From the NCBI GenBank assembly GCA_051294375.1, contig CM119267.1:7482683-7546682 (forward strand): a stretch of DNA of 64,000 nucleotides, written 5' to 3'. Below the pieces are notes generated by a model. The model did not search any database. It had not been told where the DNA came from and saw nothing but the letters and a program-made list of their open reading frames with translations. The position numbers and the translations under genes are program-made. Shown here piece after piece: positions 30,223 through 42,749 of the stretch; the stretch's first letter is position 1; every line of letters starts with the position of its first letter. This DNA comes from Paraspadella gotoi (taxonomy: Eukaryota > Animalia > Chaetognatha).

Positions 30223-33200
30223 TAAACTCAAATGAAAACGTGCGAAAGGTAAATTTCACCAACCTGCATTCTCCTCGTGTGATAGAGCTCCATCTCCCTC
30301 CGGAAGAGTTCATTCTTGCGGTTGACGAGGTCGAACCACTGACTCCAGGCCGCCTCCATGGCTTCGCCATCGGCGTCGTCGTCGGAGCCGCGGAGGCGTT
30401 GCTCCAGCGCCACGCCCCGCTCCTCCAATTCTTGCTGCTCGACGTCGATGCGCGCTAGTTCGGCCTCTAACGCGTCCAGTGCCACCGTCTGCGACGCCGA
30501 CCGAATAACGCGCCGCTCGAATTCGGCGGGAGGAGGTGGCGCCTGCCGTTTGGACTTTCGGCGAGCGGGAGAGGGAACGGAGCCTAAGTAGGGACAAGAA
30601 GGCGTTGCCATCAAGTTGATACGATATTCTGATTTTCCAACTCACTTAACGCGAACGACGAGGACGGGGACGAAGTTCGCGAAGAGGAACCCGCGAGGGA
30701 ATGCTGAGAAACGCTCAAATCGCGATCGGCAAGCGACACTGGGACCTGATAAGAAACCATGGTTTACTAATAAAAAAAAAATTATTATCGCAGGCATCAG
30801 ACGCATTGTTTCCCACCTTCAAATCCGCCACCAAGCTTTCGTCTACTGTAAGTTTTTTCTTAACGACGGGCGATGCTTTCAACGCCACAGGGTCGTCGTC
30901 GTCGTTGTTGTTGTTGCTCCCCGACCCGTCGTTCGTCCCGCCCGATTCGCTGGGCAACCGTCGTGGCGGCTTCGACGGCGGCCGCTGACGAGACGGCGGC
31001 GGTTCGGCCGTTTCGATTTCGTCGTCGACAAAGTCGTCGCTGAACGGATTAGAGGGAGAGAAAATGTCTTCGTCGTCGTCCTCTTTGTCCTTCGTTCGAT
31101 CGGGTTTGTCCTCTTTATCTTTGTCGCTTTTGAGAACAACGCCGACCGGCTCGTTTTCTTCGAAGAACGGGTTGGAGGGCGAGAGTTCACCGTCAGATGT
31201 CGGCTCGGGGGGAATCTTGAGAGCGAGAAATTTGAGGGGGGGTTTTTCGGTGGCGGCATCGTCGATGAGCGGTGATAACGCCACGGAATCGTTCGTCGGT
31301 GTCGAGGAATGCGTTTGATCCTGAATTGCTTCGCCTGGAATGACTTTTTTCGATAAAATAGCGGAAGACGTGGATTCGCCCACATTGGGATCGTCGCTCG
31401 GAGCCTTGTCATGAGTCGGCTCGATTGAGATCGACCCACTGGTTTCGTCTTGAGTTGAGGATGTTGAGTCAGTCGCGATCGGTCCAGTGACTTCTCGGGG
31501 CGCATCGTCACCCGTCTCGACACTCACGTTACCTTCAATGTCGAAATGGGCAAGATAAACACGCTTTCGCTGAATCACCTGGGGAGCAGAAGGAAAAAAA
31601 CGTTATCGTGCGAATATTTTCTTCAATTCAACGAGTATTTTCCAACCTGCGGCTTGACAATAGGTTTGACGCAAAGCGTAGGTTTTTTATTCTTTTCCAA
31701 AGTTCCCTTTCTGACTAATTTTGACGTCGGTAGGCTCGTTTTAAGTGATTTCGCGTCGAATTCCGACGAATCAGAAGTCGAAATTCGAATCGAGTTTTCT
31801 GGTAGAATGGCACCGCTTTTATTATCAAGATCGCGAGATTGCTCATCCGTCTCTTTGGTTTCGTTCGGCGATGATCCTTCGGGTCGGTTGACATCTTTTT
31901 TAAAATCAAGCAAGGTCGCCCTAAACTTGGATCTTTTTTCTCCATCCTTTTCGAGAGAATCGCGGGAAAAGGAGTGTTTTCGCGGAGGCGGAGAGGGAGA
32001 AGGCGATGGCTGTTTCGACAATCGAACGCGCGGGACGGGCGAGGGGAGGCGACGTTCTTTGGAGGAAAGACGGCTTTGTCTTTGAGCAACGGGAGAAGGA
32101 GCTCTCTTCGAACTCCCCTTCTCATCGCTCATTCTTGGCCCTTTTGTCTCGGCAATAACGATTTTTTTAGTTAAATCAGATTTATTTATTTTTTCATCGC
32201 TAGATGAAGAAATGAGATGCTCACCGCCCGGTTGTATTTTTAGTTTCCGCTCTCTCTCTCCCTCAACGGACGGCTCGGTGGTTAATCGAGCCAAGGGGGA
32301 AGGCACTCGCCCCTCGTCATTGGGCAAGCGACTAATTCTTTGCACGGGAGTCGGGGGCTTCTTCGATTCCTTATCCGGCTCAGGCGTGAGTCTCGTTCTC
32401 GGAACCGGAAGTGGTTTCAACGCCGACATCGCATCCGCCCTTTCGTCACGAGGAAGAGGCGGAATCGGAACTGAATCCGTTTGTTCGATCTCTTTCATCT
32501 CCAAGACGACGTCCTTTGACACTAAACCTTCTTTCCCCCTATCGCCTTTGACGAAGGATGCCTCCTCCTCCTCCGCTGCTTCTTTAGCGTCGACCGGTTC
32601 ATCATCCTTCGCTTCCGCATCTTTTTTCAACGATTCCTTGTAGCAAACCCTGTGGTAGAGCTTTCCTTCGACGAGATGTCTTTCCATTATGTAGACTTTT
32701 TTGCGACAGAAGCAGCACATGTCCTCCAAAGTGCCGCGTTTTTTCATTGCGCGTGGCAGCGGAAAGTAGGGAACCGCCGCTGGACGCTTTAGCCCTGAAG
32801 AACAAGTTTTGTTTTTGGAAAGCGTAGCATTTCATCTCATTCAACAACAAAAGGGGGGACACAGAAAAATAAAATCTCACCGGCTTTGTCGCGCCAGTTC
32901 TTCCCGACGGCGTCGTTCCTTGCGTTGCTGCCCCCACCGCCTCGATCCTCGTTCTTGAAGGCGACGTAAAACTGAGAGACGTAAGTTATGACGCAGAGCT
33001 TGTCGGGGACGGCCATCTCCACCATGTCCTCGGGGTCGAGCAGGGCGGGAATTCCGAGGTGCTCTTCCGCCACTGAAAAAGCCAGCCGGTTGTTCTCCAG
33101 TACATCTTCGCTCTTGAGGTCGGAAAATCTAAACAAAGAAAAAGATATTATTAAAAGGGAAATGATATATGTTATGTACTTATAAGCTTAGAAAAATATA

Positions 33201-33377
33201 CCTTATCAACTCAGGCCGGAAGTGATGAATGATGGCGCAAAAGGCCAAGCCGTCGCGCCAAGACGACGTCATGTTTGTAACGTTGACGCTGTCGTAGTCA
33301 CGCGTACATTCCTTGCACCACTTGAGAAGTCCTTTGATCTTGGCCGCCCCCTCCGTCCTCGATTGAAACCCCGACAT
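29624..33377 (-). CDS. MICALL: MICAL-like protein (CH, partial LIM, Pro-rich/NPF region, C-terminal bMERB coiled coil)
   Basis: CH domain ([56 protein letters not shown]), LIM-like [25 protein letters not shown], two NPF motifs, [15 protein letters not shown]; no monooxygenase domain. Confidence 0.88.
30121..30219. repeat. (GA)n microsatellite; forms the (TC)n pyrimidine tract of the last MICAL-like intron
   Basis: About 98 bp of GA repeat directly upstream (minus strand) of acceptor ...ctctaacacAG|GAATTAGAAG. Confidence 0.95.
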
Positions 33378-34169
33378 CGCGACCACAAAAGTTTTCCGAC
33401 GGCCGGCCGAAGTATTTTTTTTTCTCGGATCTACATTATTTTCTTCTTGTGCGCTTCTATATTGAGAGTTTAGAAATACCACAGAAAAAATGTAAATTAA
33501 AGCAAACAATGCCTTTTAATAATGTTAATTTTATTTGCGTTCCGATTTAGATATTTATGGAATGAACGGTCGATGTTTTTTTTAAATAAAAAGTAATAAA
33601 AACATAAAAAATATAGTGTGACACAATTACTTTTTTAAACAACGTCGTATCGAGTCAACCAATTTTACTAACCCCTATAAGATGACTGTTGGGCGTTGTG
33701 GGGTGATGGGGGGGTACGTCTCGACTCGACGAATATAGCACAAGTTTCTACGTGAAAAATCACAGAATTACACGAAACATATACCATTCGCTACTATGGT
33801 AGCTAGCTACGGCGAACTAACCCAATATGTGAAACAAATGCTGATAACCAAGGCGAGAGCAAAAAGAAGGTTAGGGGGGTACGACGCGAAAGCCCAGGGA
33901 CAGAGGAAAATCAATACCCATATAAGGATACTTATAATTAGATAGTTATAGTTGTAACTTAACTTTTATCTCCCTTCTTTTATACTATTAAAACAAAAGA
34001 GCTGAGAAAACGTAAATGTCGATCTGGAAAAGGTGTGGGGGGGGGGAATGATGGCGAAAAAGTAAAGAGACGATTGATTAAATGTTATGAGGGGAGGCAG
34101 GGAGCATAACGTAACCGTTGCGCAATTCTGCACTCTGGAGGGAAGAACGTGGTCGAAGAAGTTTTTTCC

Positions 34170-36920
34170 TCATGATTTTATTGGTCTGTAGTGTAGCAAA
34201 AGATCCCCGCCGCTTTTCCAAATGAAGTGCTTGACAGTCCTCAGGTCCATGTTGGGATCCAAGACTTGATCTTGGCACAAGAGTTCCACTCGCTCTTCGG
34301 CGATGGAAGCCAGGTCGTCGTCTCCGTTGGCAGCACCGTTAGCACCTGATTCAACACGACGTATTGGTTATAATATTGAAACAAATCGAAACCTGGTCTG
34401 GACCGACCGTTTTCGGCGGCGGTGTTTACGTGACCGTTGGCGCCGGCACCTCCGGCGTCGGACCCACGGTCAGAACCGTTGCCCATGACCTTCTCGTAGA
34501 CGTGCTCCAACACTTTGCGGACTTGCAACATGTCCGATGCGGAGAGGCGATCCTTTTTTAGGCACTTGATGCCCGAACTTTCGAAGTAAAAGTGAAAAGT
34601 GAAAGGATGAAAATGAGGAAGAAGCGAAGAGGAAACGAGTCGGTTTTCGAAAATAAGTTTAAAAAAATATCCTAAATGACGCACCTGGCGTGCGGTTGGA
34701 GAAAGAAGGGAATCTTATTGAACTTGGGCATGTTCTTATCAACGACGATCTCCGTGACCCAGGGAGGTACAGTCTCATTGAGCAGCGCCTGCTCCGTCTC
34801 CCCGCCCGCGTCGCGGCAGAGCAGCCGAAAAAGCGTCCGTCCGCCGACTTCGCTGAAAATGACCGGAGTGTGACCGGGAACGCGAAAGTAGTTATTGCCG
34901 GGGACGCGTCCGCGATCGACGTTGCCGGAGTGGTTCTCGCCATTCTCAGGGTTGTTGGAACCGTCAAATGCGTCACGGTCGTCGTCGGGGGAGTGCGTTC
35001 GGGGCCAGTATTCTAACAACGCCTAAAATTTTTTATTTTTTACTTTACCAACCAGGACCCATCTAAAAATATTATCTAAATTTCTTGACTTGCTTTTAAA
35101 TGACCTGTAGCAAAAGACCTCCCAAATTGACTTTTGGGTCAGATCCATCGGCCGATCCGATGCCAATCTCACGAGCCGAGACCCACGCGGCGAAGCAGTC
35201 GGTCTCCTCCAAATGGATCGTCAACATCCCTGTCTTCAAATCGACAGAAAACCAATTGGGGAGATACAACATCTTGAACCTGAAGAAAAAGAAAGATAAA
35301 ATATAGGAACTAACTGTCAATTGTCTTCTACTATGTAAAATGTGACTACACGAAAATCTCACCTGGATTTGACAACTTGATCAAAGTCGACGAGTCCCAG
35401 GTCCTCCACCTTCTTCGACTTAAGAACGTCCCATATGGCGACCTTGTTTTCCGTGTCTTTAGTGACGATGTGGCGCTTGTCATTAAGCACGGTGAGGTGT
35501 CGGATGGAGGCCCCTCCGGGTATCACCACTTCTGGTTCATTCGCTGTCGCCGGAGCGTTTTCGTTGGCATCCATATCGCCGCTGCCGGCGGGTCGTGGGC
35601 GTATCGGCCACCGGTGGATAGCGGAATCGGTCGTTGCCACCTGGAAAGACGAGAGATCGTTTTGGAAAACAGAAGTTAATAAACTAAATGGTTTCTACGC
35701 AAATGACGCACCCAAAGCGAACGAGATTCGTGATGCAGCAAAAGTCGAAGCACGGGGGCCTTCTCCGTGATCAGCAACGTGCGTTCCTCGGGATCATGGA
35801 CGTTCGTCATCCAGACGTGACGGTCGCGTCCCGCCGAGAAAACGGTTCGAAACGCGTCGTCTGCTTGGAGCGCCCAAACGCCCTCGTTGTGGGCTCTGAT
35901 CGTGGTTATGCATCTTTGTTGTCCCAAACTCCAGAGTCGAATGGTACCGTCGGAGGAACCGGATAAGCACTGCGTCCCGTCGTAATTGATGAGCAAAGCC
36001 TTGACGTTGTCGGCGTGACCTCGAAGTTTCATGAGTTTGGCGCAGGTTCGCGGGTCCCAAACGCGGAGCACTTTTTCAGTGGATCCACTCACCTGGAAAA
36101 GGAACGGAAGGAAGATAATTAAAAATAAAACAAATGATGTCGAATGTGATCTCCTACATTGCAACTCACCACGACTGTTCCAAAGGGATTCATAGCTAAA
36201 CTATAGATAGAATCTTTGTTGCCGTTCAGGGAGGAAGTAGTCACAGTGTTGTTTGACGCCGTCAAAGCTAAAAAAAAGGACAGTCGTGGAACAATAACAA
36301 TAACAAAAAGGAGCAGAACTTTCGGCGAGTGGGACTGACCCGTGAGCGTATTTACATCCCACAGGAAAATCTGGCGGTCGAGACCGGCAGAGGCGACTTG
36401 CTCCTTCTCGCGTGCGTAGGCCAAAGCCTTCACGTAGTCTTTGTGAGTTCGGAGAGTCGACATGCAGAACCCCTGAAGACCCAAAAATTTATACAAAAAA
36501 ATATTTTTTCGTAAAACTATACGAGACTAACTAACCTTGTGGGCGTTCCAAACTTTGACGGTAGTGTCGCTAGAGGCCGAGATCAAAGTGCGACCGCCGC
36601 AGCAAATGACGATATCGTTGACCCAATCGGTGTGATGTTCCATCGATTGAATGTACGAATCCTTGGTGCTTCTCGCGTTCCAAATGCGAATGATGCCATC
36701 GCGACCTTGACCCAAAAGGAAGGATTTTTAATTACAATGGCATTCACTACGAAAACTCGCAAAACTCACCCGCAGAAAAGAGACGCTGTGTGTTGACGTC
36801 GAGTTGCAAGGAGTTGATGCCCGACCTGTGGCATCGCTCCACCTCTTCGCGGATGACGAAGGACACCTGACACTTTTTGCGGGGCGTGGCCGCCGTCTGA
36901 CGATGCTGATGCACCGCCAT
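34170..36920 (-). CDS. WDR48: WD repeat protein 48 (USP1-associated factor 1)
   Basis: [122 protein letters not shown]. Confidence 0.96.
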
Positions 36921-37221
36921 CGTCGGATAAGCTCTTCGCTTACGTCATCGCAGAGTCTGGTGCTTCGCACAGAGAAATTTTAGTTGGTCTTTCGAAGAAA
37001 AGATAAGGCGGAGACATTTCGCGACGCTTAGTTTAAACGTGCGTCGGGGCCTAGTTTCCTTAACGCTATTCTATAAAGACGTCATCCAATATACGTAGTT
37101 TAAAAGTGGACAAACTAAAATGTTCAAAACAAACAATGAAGTACAATAATTATTGCAGAATAATTTTAAAATTAACTGAAAACTTAATAGCTCAACGGGC
37201 CGAGCATCATAATAAAGGTAA

Positions 37222-37798
37222 TTAGTCACGGCTCTTTCTCAAAACCAAGAATTCGATATCCTTTCTCGTGAGACTCCACTCGGGCAGTCGGGCAACGACG
37301 GGCAAAGTACCGACAACGACATAGCCCCGCCGTCGGTACATCGGCAGAACGTCGGTTCTGCAAGAGAGAACCTCCATCTCGCTGATCGGCGCCAGGGACT
37401 CCGCGCGATCGAGCAGCGCACGAGCCAAGCCCTGGCCCTGGCACCGCGGGTCAACCGCTAGGGTACCGATCGAAGTGACTCCATTCTCGACGTATGCCCT
37501 AAGAAAGGTTTAGACAAATAAACAAATATTCGTTTGAATGCAGACTCTGCATTGCAGAGTAAAAACTAAAATTAACTCACTTAACGCATCCCACAATATC
37601 GCCACCACCATCTCTCGCGACTAACATGTGAGGGATGTGCTCTTGAGCTTCTCGTCTTCCTTCCGGGCCGTCGTAACGTTGAGTAGACTTGAAAGCGATC
37701 CCGCAGTCGCCGATTTCAATCTCGTATGCAGCGTTGGCCATTTCGATGATGCGGTCGAAATCCGCATCAGGGTCGGCCCTTTCAATTTTGAAGGACAT
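37222..37798 (-). CDS. GNAT-family N-acetyltransferase, paralog A (2 exons)
   Basis: Acetyl-CoA motif A LAVDPRCQGQGLARALL and motif B MYRRRGY; GT-AG intron after VGCVK. Confidence 0.85.
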
Positions 37799-37965
37799 CT
37801 CCGGTTGAGTCAACGAAAAAACTAAAATAGACATGGCGTGTAAAAATCAAGACAACCATTGACATAAATTATAATGAGTATTATTCCCAAATCCGCATAG
37901 ATGATAAAAGTTCGAAGATAATAAAAGTTAATTAGCTGGCGTTTTCGCATAATGCCAATGGTATA

Positions 37966-38533
37966 CAGGGAGGTCCAGCTCTTTAGGGACCGAATTAAAA
38001 AAATCGTTTGGATGGGTAAATAAACGAATTATGATATGTAAATTTTAGTACACATATAATGAATTGTAATGACAATAGATTTCTATTAAAAAAAATTATC
38101 TTCGGCAGCCATGACCTTTTGTGACCACTCCCGTTAGGAATACAGACATTCCTACAACTATTTCCGATGTCAGAATGTCGACAGTTCTTGAGGGGATGCG
38201 TGGGGCATTCTGCTTTTCTATTTTACATTTTCATTAATCAGGGGAATCGCAGTTAAAAAACTGCGCGGTCAAAAATCAGAAGTCAACATCGTTCATCTTT
38301 ATTTTTTTAAAAATTTCCCAAAATTTTTTAAGGAAGCGGCGCGTAAAAATATGACATGTTATGCAAAAAGCACCAATTACAAGAGTTGCCGCAACATTTT
38401 TTAAACAATTTTAATATCAAAATAAGAATCAGAATCCGCCCACCAACAAATCAAAAGAAAAATTTAAAAATATAATTTTTTTTCTTCTATCGTTAACCGT
38501 TTTTGTTAGTCCCAAAAGAGCTGAACCTCCCTG
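37966..38533. mobile_element. Tc1/mariner-type MITE (568 bp, TA target duplication)
   Basis: TIRs CAGGGAGGTCCAGCTCTTTAGGGAC and GTCCCAAAAGAGCTGAACCTCCCTG (2 mismatches in 25 bp), flanked by TA on both sides; no ORF. Confidence 0.88.
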
Positions 38534-38736
38534 TATTTGGAAACTCAAAAAATCATAAACCGTGGGTCAAAAACAATACAAAAATATTTAGAAAATAATT
38601 TTATTATCATTATAGAATATTGGATAATTACCATGCGTTATGATTAATTGATTATTTGTTTAAGCGTTATGATTTTTGACGATGATAAACCGATTAATGA
38701 TTATAAATTACTTATGCATATTCGAAGAGTGTCTGA

Positions 38737-39320
38737 TTATTTCCTAGTTTTCCTCATGGTCAGAATCCGTATGTCGTTCCCAAAAGATCTTCCTTCATCG
38801 ATGTCGACGGCAGGAACAGCCTCGACGCAGGTGTAGCCTCTCCTTTCATACATCCGCAGAATATCGACGACGCAAGAGACGACTTTGATCTCGCTCGTGG
38901 GCGCCAAATCCTCGGCGCGATCGAGGAGCAAACGACCGGCTCCCCGACGTTGCCAGCGAGGATCCACGGCGAGGGGACCGATGAAGGCGACATCGTCCTT
39001 TACCGAGACCCTGAAAACCTTGTTCATGAATAAATGACTAAATTATAACTAACTACTATATAACGTTTTCATCGTCTTACTACGCCATCTAACCTAACGC
39101 AACCAACGATCTCGCCGCCGTCGGCGCCCTCTCTCGCGACGAGCATGTGATGCAGGTCTTCCTCCGCCTCGAGTCTTCCCTCTTTGCCGTGGTATCGATT
39201 CGGCCTCTTGAAGACGACGCCGAACTTGCGGTTTTGGGCGGCATAAGCGGAATTGACCATTTCAATGATGCGGTTGAGATCAGATTCGAGGTCGGGTTTA
39301 TTTATCACGAAGGTCGTCAT
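38737..39320 (-). CDS. GNAT-family N-acetyltransferase, paralog B (2 exons)
   Basis: RIIEMVNSAY, MLVARE...IVGCVR, LAVDPRWQRRGAGRLLLDRAE, MYERRGY; same intron position as paralog A. Confidence 0.85.
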
Positions 39321-39531
39321 CACATCTCTTTCACTAAATAAAATGTTTAGAAAAATACATTTGTATATAAATAGTTGGGAGTTTGAAAAAATGTATCAAC
39401 CATTGAAATGTATAATAATGAAATTCTTAAACCAAAAAGCTATTGTTAACAAAAAAAAATGTGAGCTTGGAACGGGTTAAAAGAGATAGAAGTATGTTAT
39501 CGCATTAATAATAGAGATCACAGGTCAGAGT

Positions 39532-41875
39532 CTAGAGTTCCTCCTTGGTCGGGGAGAAGTTCTCTTTAACCCGAACAAATTCCTCGTGAGATTTGACATG
39601 GTCCACCGCTTTTCGGACGAGACGCAGAAACTCGCGGGGGTCGAACCCGTAGTCCGTGAATTTCTTGTGGGGGCCGAGGGTAGGGTGATGGCCCTCGTCT
39701 CTCGGGTACAAATATTCCTCCTTTTCCCACCTGTTGAAATAAGCAAACTTTGAGTAAAGAAAAACGAAAAGCTAATGCGAGGATATTTGAGGAAATCAAC
39801 GCAGCTTACGTTACGTAATGGACTCCTCTCAGCCGAGCAAGATTAGCGTAGCAATCTTCATCGTCGCACGAGTAGAGTTCAAAGACGACGCCCCAGTCGG
39901 GGAGAAAGAGAAGGTGGGTGAGGCCCGCACCGTGCAGCCCGATGAAAATGTCCGACTCGTAGGTCATTCGAAGTTGATCCAAAAATGGCACCTGGAGAGC
40001 GTACGTATAAAAATATTTACATCGATCAAAGAGCCAATCGTCCCCCAGTCCCCAACCCGCTAACTCAGGACCTGAAAATTGTAGTAAACGACTCTGACTT
40101 CGAGGTCGGGCTGCCGGCGAAGAAGCTCGACGAGTTCCACCTGATTGACGATATTCCGAAATTTGGTTCTTCTCTCGAGGATCGTGACGACGATTTTTCC
40201 GTCGGGTCGAGGCACGCGAGAGGGTATACCCAGGCGATGGAGGACGTGATGAGAAAAGGCTTTGTAAAGGCCTATCGGAGAAATAAAGACGTTTTTAGTC
40301 TAGCGTTTAGAATTTTGACAGCCGTATGTCGGTACTCGCCAGTTCCGCTGCATCCCGGTACCAAAGGCATGTTGTAAAAATGGCCATATCTCATCCTGAA
40401 AATACATGAAAATTGAAACAGGAACAGAGATAATCTATTGTTGATACAATGAAAATTTAGGTTTACTTTCCTGAAAAAATGTTTTAAAATACAGAGAAAA
40501 TATTTTTAAAACAAAGATTCATCGTTTTAGCAGTTGAAATTAAAAAGCTAGAGGCAACCGCACTGATGACCAAATACGAGTTAATGACTACGAATCAATT
40601 TTACCTTGGCAATAGACCCATAACAAAATCAGAGAAGCAAACTCTTTTCCCGGCGAAGTCGGAAAGTCGCAAAAGGGGATTTTTTGAGAAGGCTTTCCAC
40701 GTTACTTCAAAGGGGTCCAAGTATCGCATTTGACTCGTGTCCCACATCAAAATGTTTATGTCCAGGTCGAACGTTCCTTTAAAAGGAAAAGGGGAAAACA
40801 ACTGCTGGGGGGACGAAATGAGATTTTTCTTAGTCAATACTGAGCCTACCGTTGAGGTGCTGCGTCATATAGAGGTTGACAAAATCACAAAAGTGATGAA
40901 ACATGTTGACGGCTGCGTCGAGTTTGACGAAGAAAGTGGGTTTGTCGATCCGGACGTCGCATCGCTTCGACTTGGACGGCTTGAAGGGTAGAGAAGTGAA
41001 TGACTCCAACTCGGCATACCATGATTGCAATGCTGACTTGTGGGCACTGTTGGTACGATGGGTGGACGAGTCAAAATCACAGAATCCACCTAGGAAACCC
41101 GTCGTTATAAGAATTATAGAACGATAAAACAAAAACAATCCAACAACATAAGAGAAATCAGTATGCGTTTTACCGATTTGCCCGGGAGAGAAGAGATTTT
41201 CGCGAAATCTATCGTTTTCGTAGACGAATTCCACTTTTCGCAGATCAATATAAAGATGGCGACCGCGGCAAAAGCGCGTGTACTGCGAACAAATCAGCGA
41301 AGAGTCCGACCATTTCTTTCCAGCGCAGATGGTGGCAAGCTCTTTTAGTCTTTTTCGTAGGTAACCAAAATCTCCCTGGAAATTAAAATCTCGTATAATT
41401 CTATATTTTTTCACCCGAAACTTTTTTAATGACTAAAACTAGGCTTCCTTCTTCCTCGTTTAATATAAACTGCTATTGAGCTGAAAAACAGTCGGACCTG
41501 TTCGAAAAACTGCGTTTCTTGATCGATCTTGTCACTCGCCCATCCACGAGAATCTCCGGCGCACCCACGAGGCGACAAATATCTGTTTTGAGGTAGGCAG
41601 TCGTCCTCGTGACCCCAACAGGCGTCATCGCCAGGGAGATTGCACGGCGCCGAGGCGTTGACGCAATAAGCCTTAAGACGCGGGTGAGAGTTTAAAAAGT
41701 AAGGCACGTGGTCGGAAGGAAGATGTAAAGATGATATGTCGAACGTGGTTGGCGTCGGTTTGCTGGCGTTGGTGGCGGGGACAATTTCAGGTTTCACACC
41801 CAGGTAAAGGAGGAACAAAAGGGAAAGGCTAGGCAGTTTCAGCGCCAGAACCCAAACTAATTTGGATGTCTTCAT
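39532..41875 (-). CDS. EOGT: EGF domain-specific O-GlcNAc transferase (GT61)
   Basis: Hydrophobic N-terminus, [69 protein letters not shown], and a C-terminal KEEL ER-retention-like motif (TAG 39532-39534). Confidence 0.94.
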
Positions 41876-42749
41876 ATCGTCGACATCACCAGTTACGACT
41901 AAGAGGACGAAAAGTCAACTGGCCAAAAGTTAGTGGCATATTTTCCCCCAAAAAAATATGAAAGCTGGATTAATAACACTACATAAAAATAATACCCAAA
42001 AAATAAATTAAAAAACGAGAGAATAGTCGCCATTTCATACATCTTATATTTTGTCAGAAGTGTATTAGTTTACAAAAGTTGACAGCAGTAAAATTAAAAC
42101 AAGTCTGAGATCTTTATAACCAGCACCAACTCCATGACGAAGCAGAATATCATTCGATTTGTTAAAAAGCAAGAGCCTTAGGTTTAAAAATCAATGACAT
42201 TTACGTTAAAACAATTATAAAAATATTAATACCTACAGTGAATATGTGAGGTAAAAAAATTAAAAATTAAAACAATAAATATTTCACTAACGATTCTATA
42301 AGTCGTCACTGATGAGTACAAATAATCCAGATAAGTAAAAATGCTTGACTCGTGAGCCGCAAAAAGTTATCGACGAGCAACCGTTCAGACCCATTTATTT
42401 CTTCATCTCAATTTAACATAACGCCAAGGACCTCGGTCTGTTCTTTGAAATTCTCAACGAAGTAAATTAAGTAATTTAACCCCACCTTATAGTGAGAGAA
42501 AAACTAGTGAGACCAAAAAGCACGAACTTTGCATTCACACCCATCAGTCTTCAATTAAAAAAAAAGCACGGTGGACAATTACGTGGATCATTTTAGGCGA
42601 AATAATACCTAAACATGATTATTAAGGCTAATTTTGTGAAACTGATTTGTGTTTGTGACTTTCCTGCTCTACTCCGACGATCTAACGGCAATCGTCACAT
42701 ACGCGAAAGTAAAGTAAACGTCAGTAAATTCGTCGAATACTTGAGTTTA

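Noticed and set aside
29973-30458. ORFs with poly-(RE)/(SL) tracts (also 59813-60229, 16478-16782)
   Set aside because: Translations of (GA)n microsatellites in introns or UTRs.
30616-31275. Plus-strand ORFs overlapping genes (e.g. 219 aa here, 31546-32085, 25419-25889, 12135-12587)
   Set aside because: Antisense shadows of GC-rich minus-strand exons; no recognisable domains or independent splice structure.
38238-38282. Sm-site-like ATTTTTG followed by a hairpin on the minus strand (possible SL RNA or snRNA)
   Set aside because: Lies inside the TA-flanked mariner-type MITE; no leader/GT donor arrangement or snRNA 5' sequence is evident.
42300-42355. CTGATGAGTAC hammerhead-like core
   Set aside because: The required closing stem II plus GAAA and stems I/III are not present.
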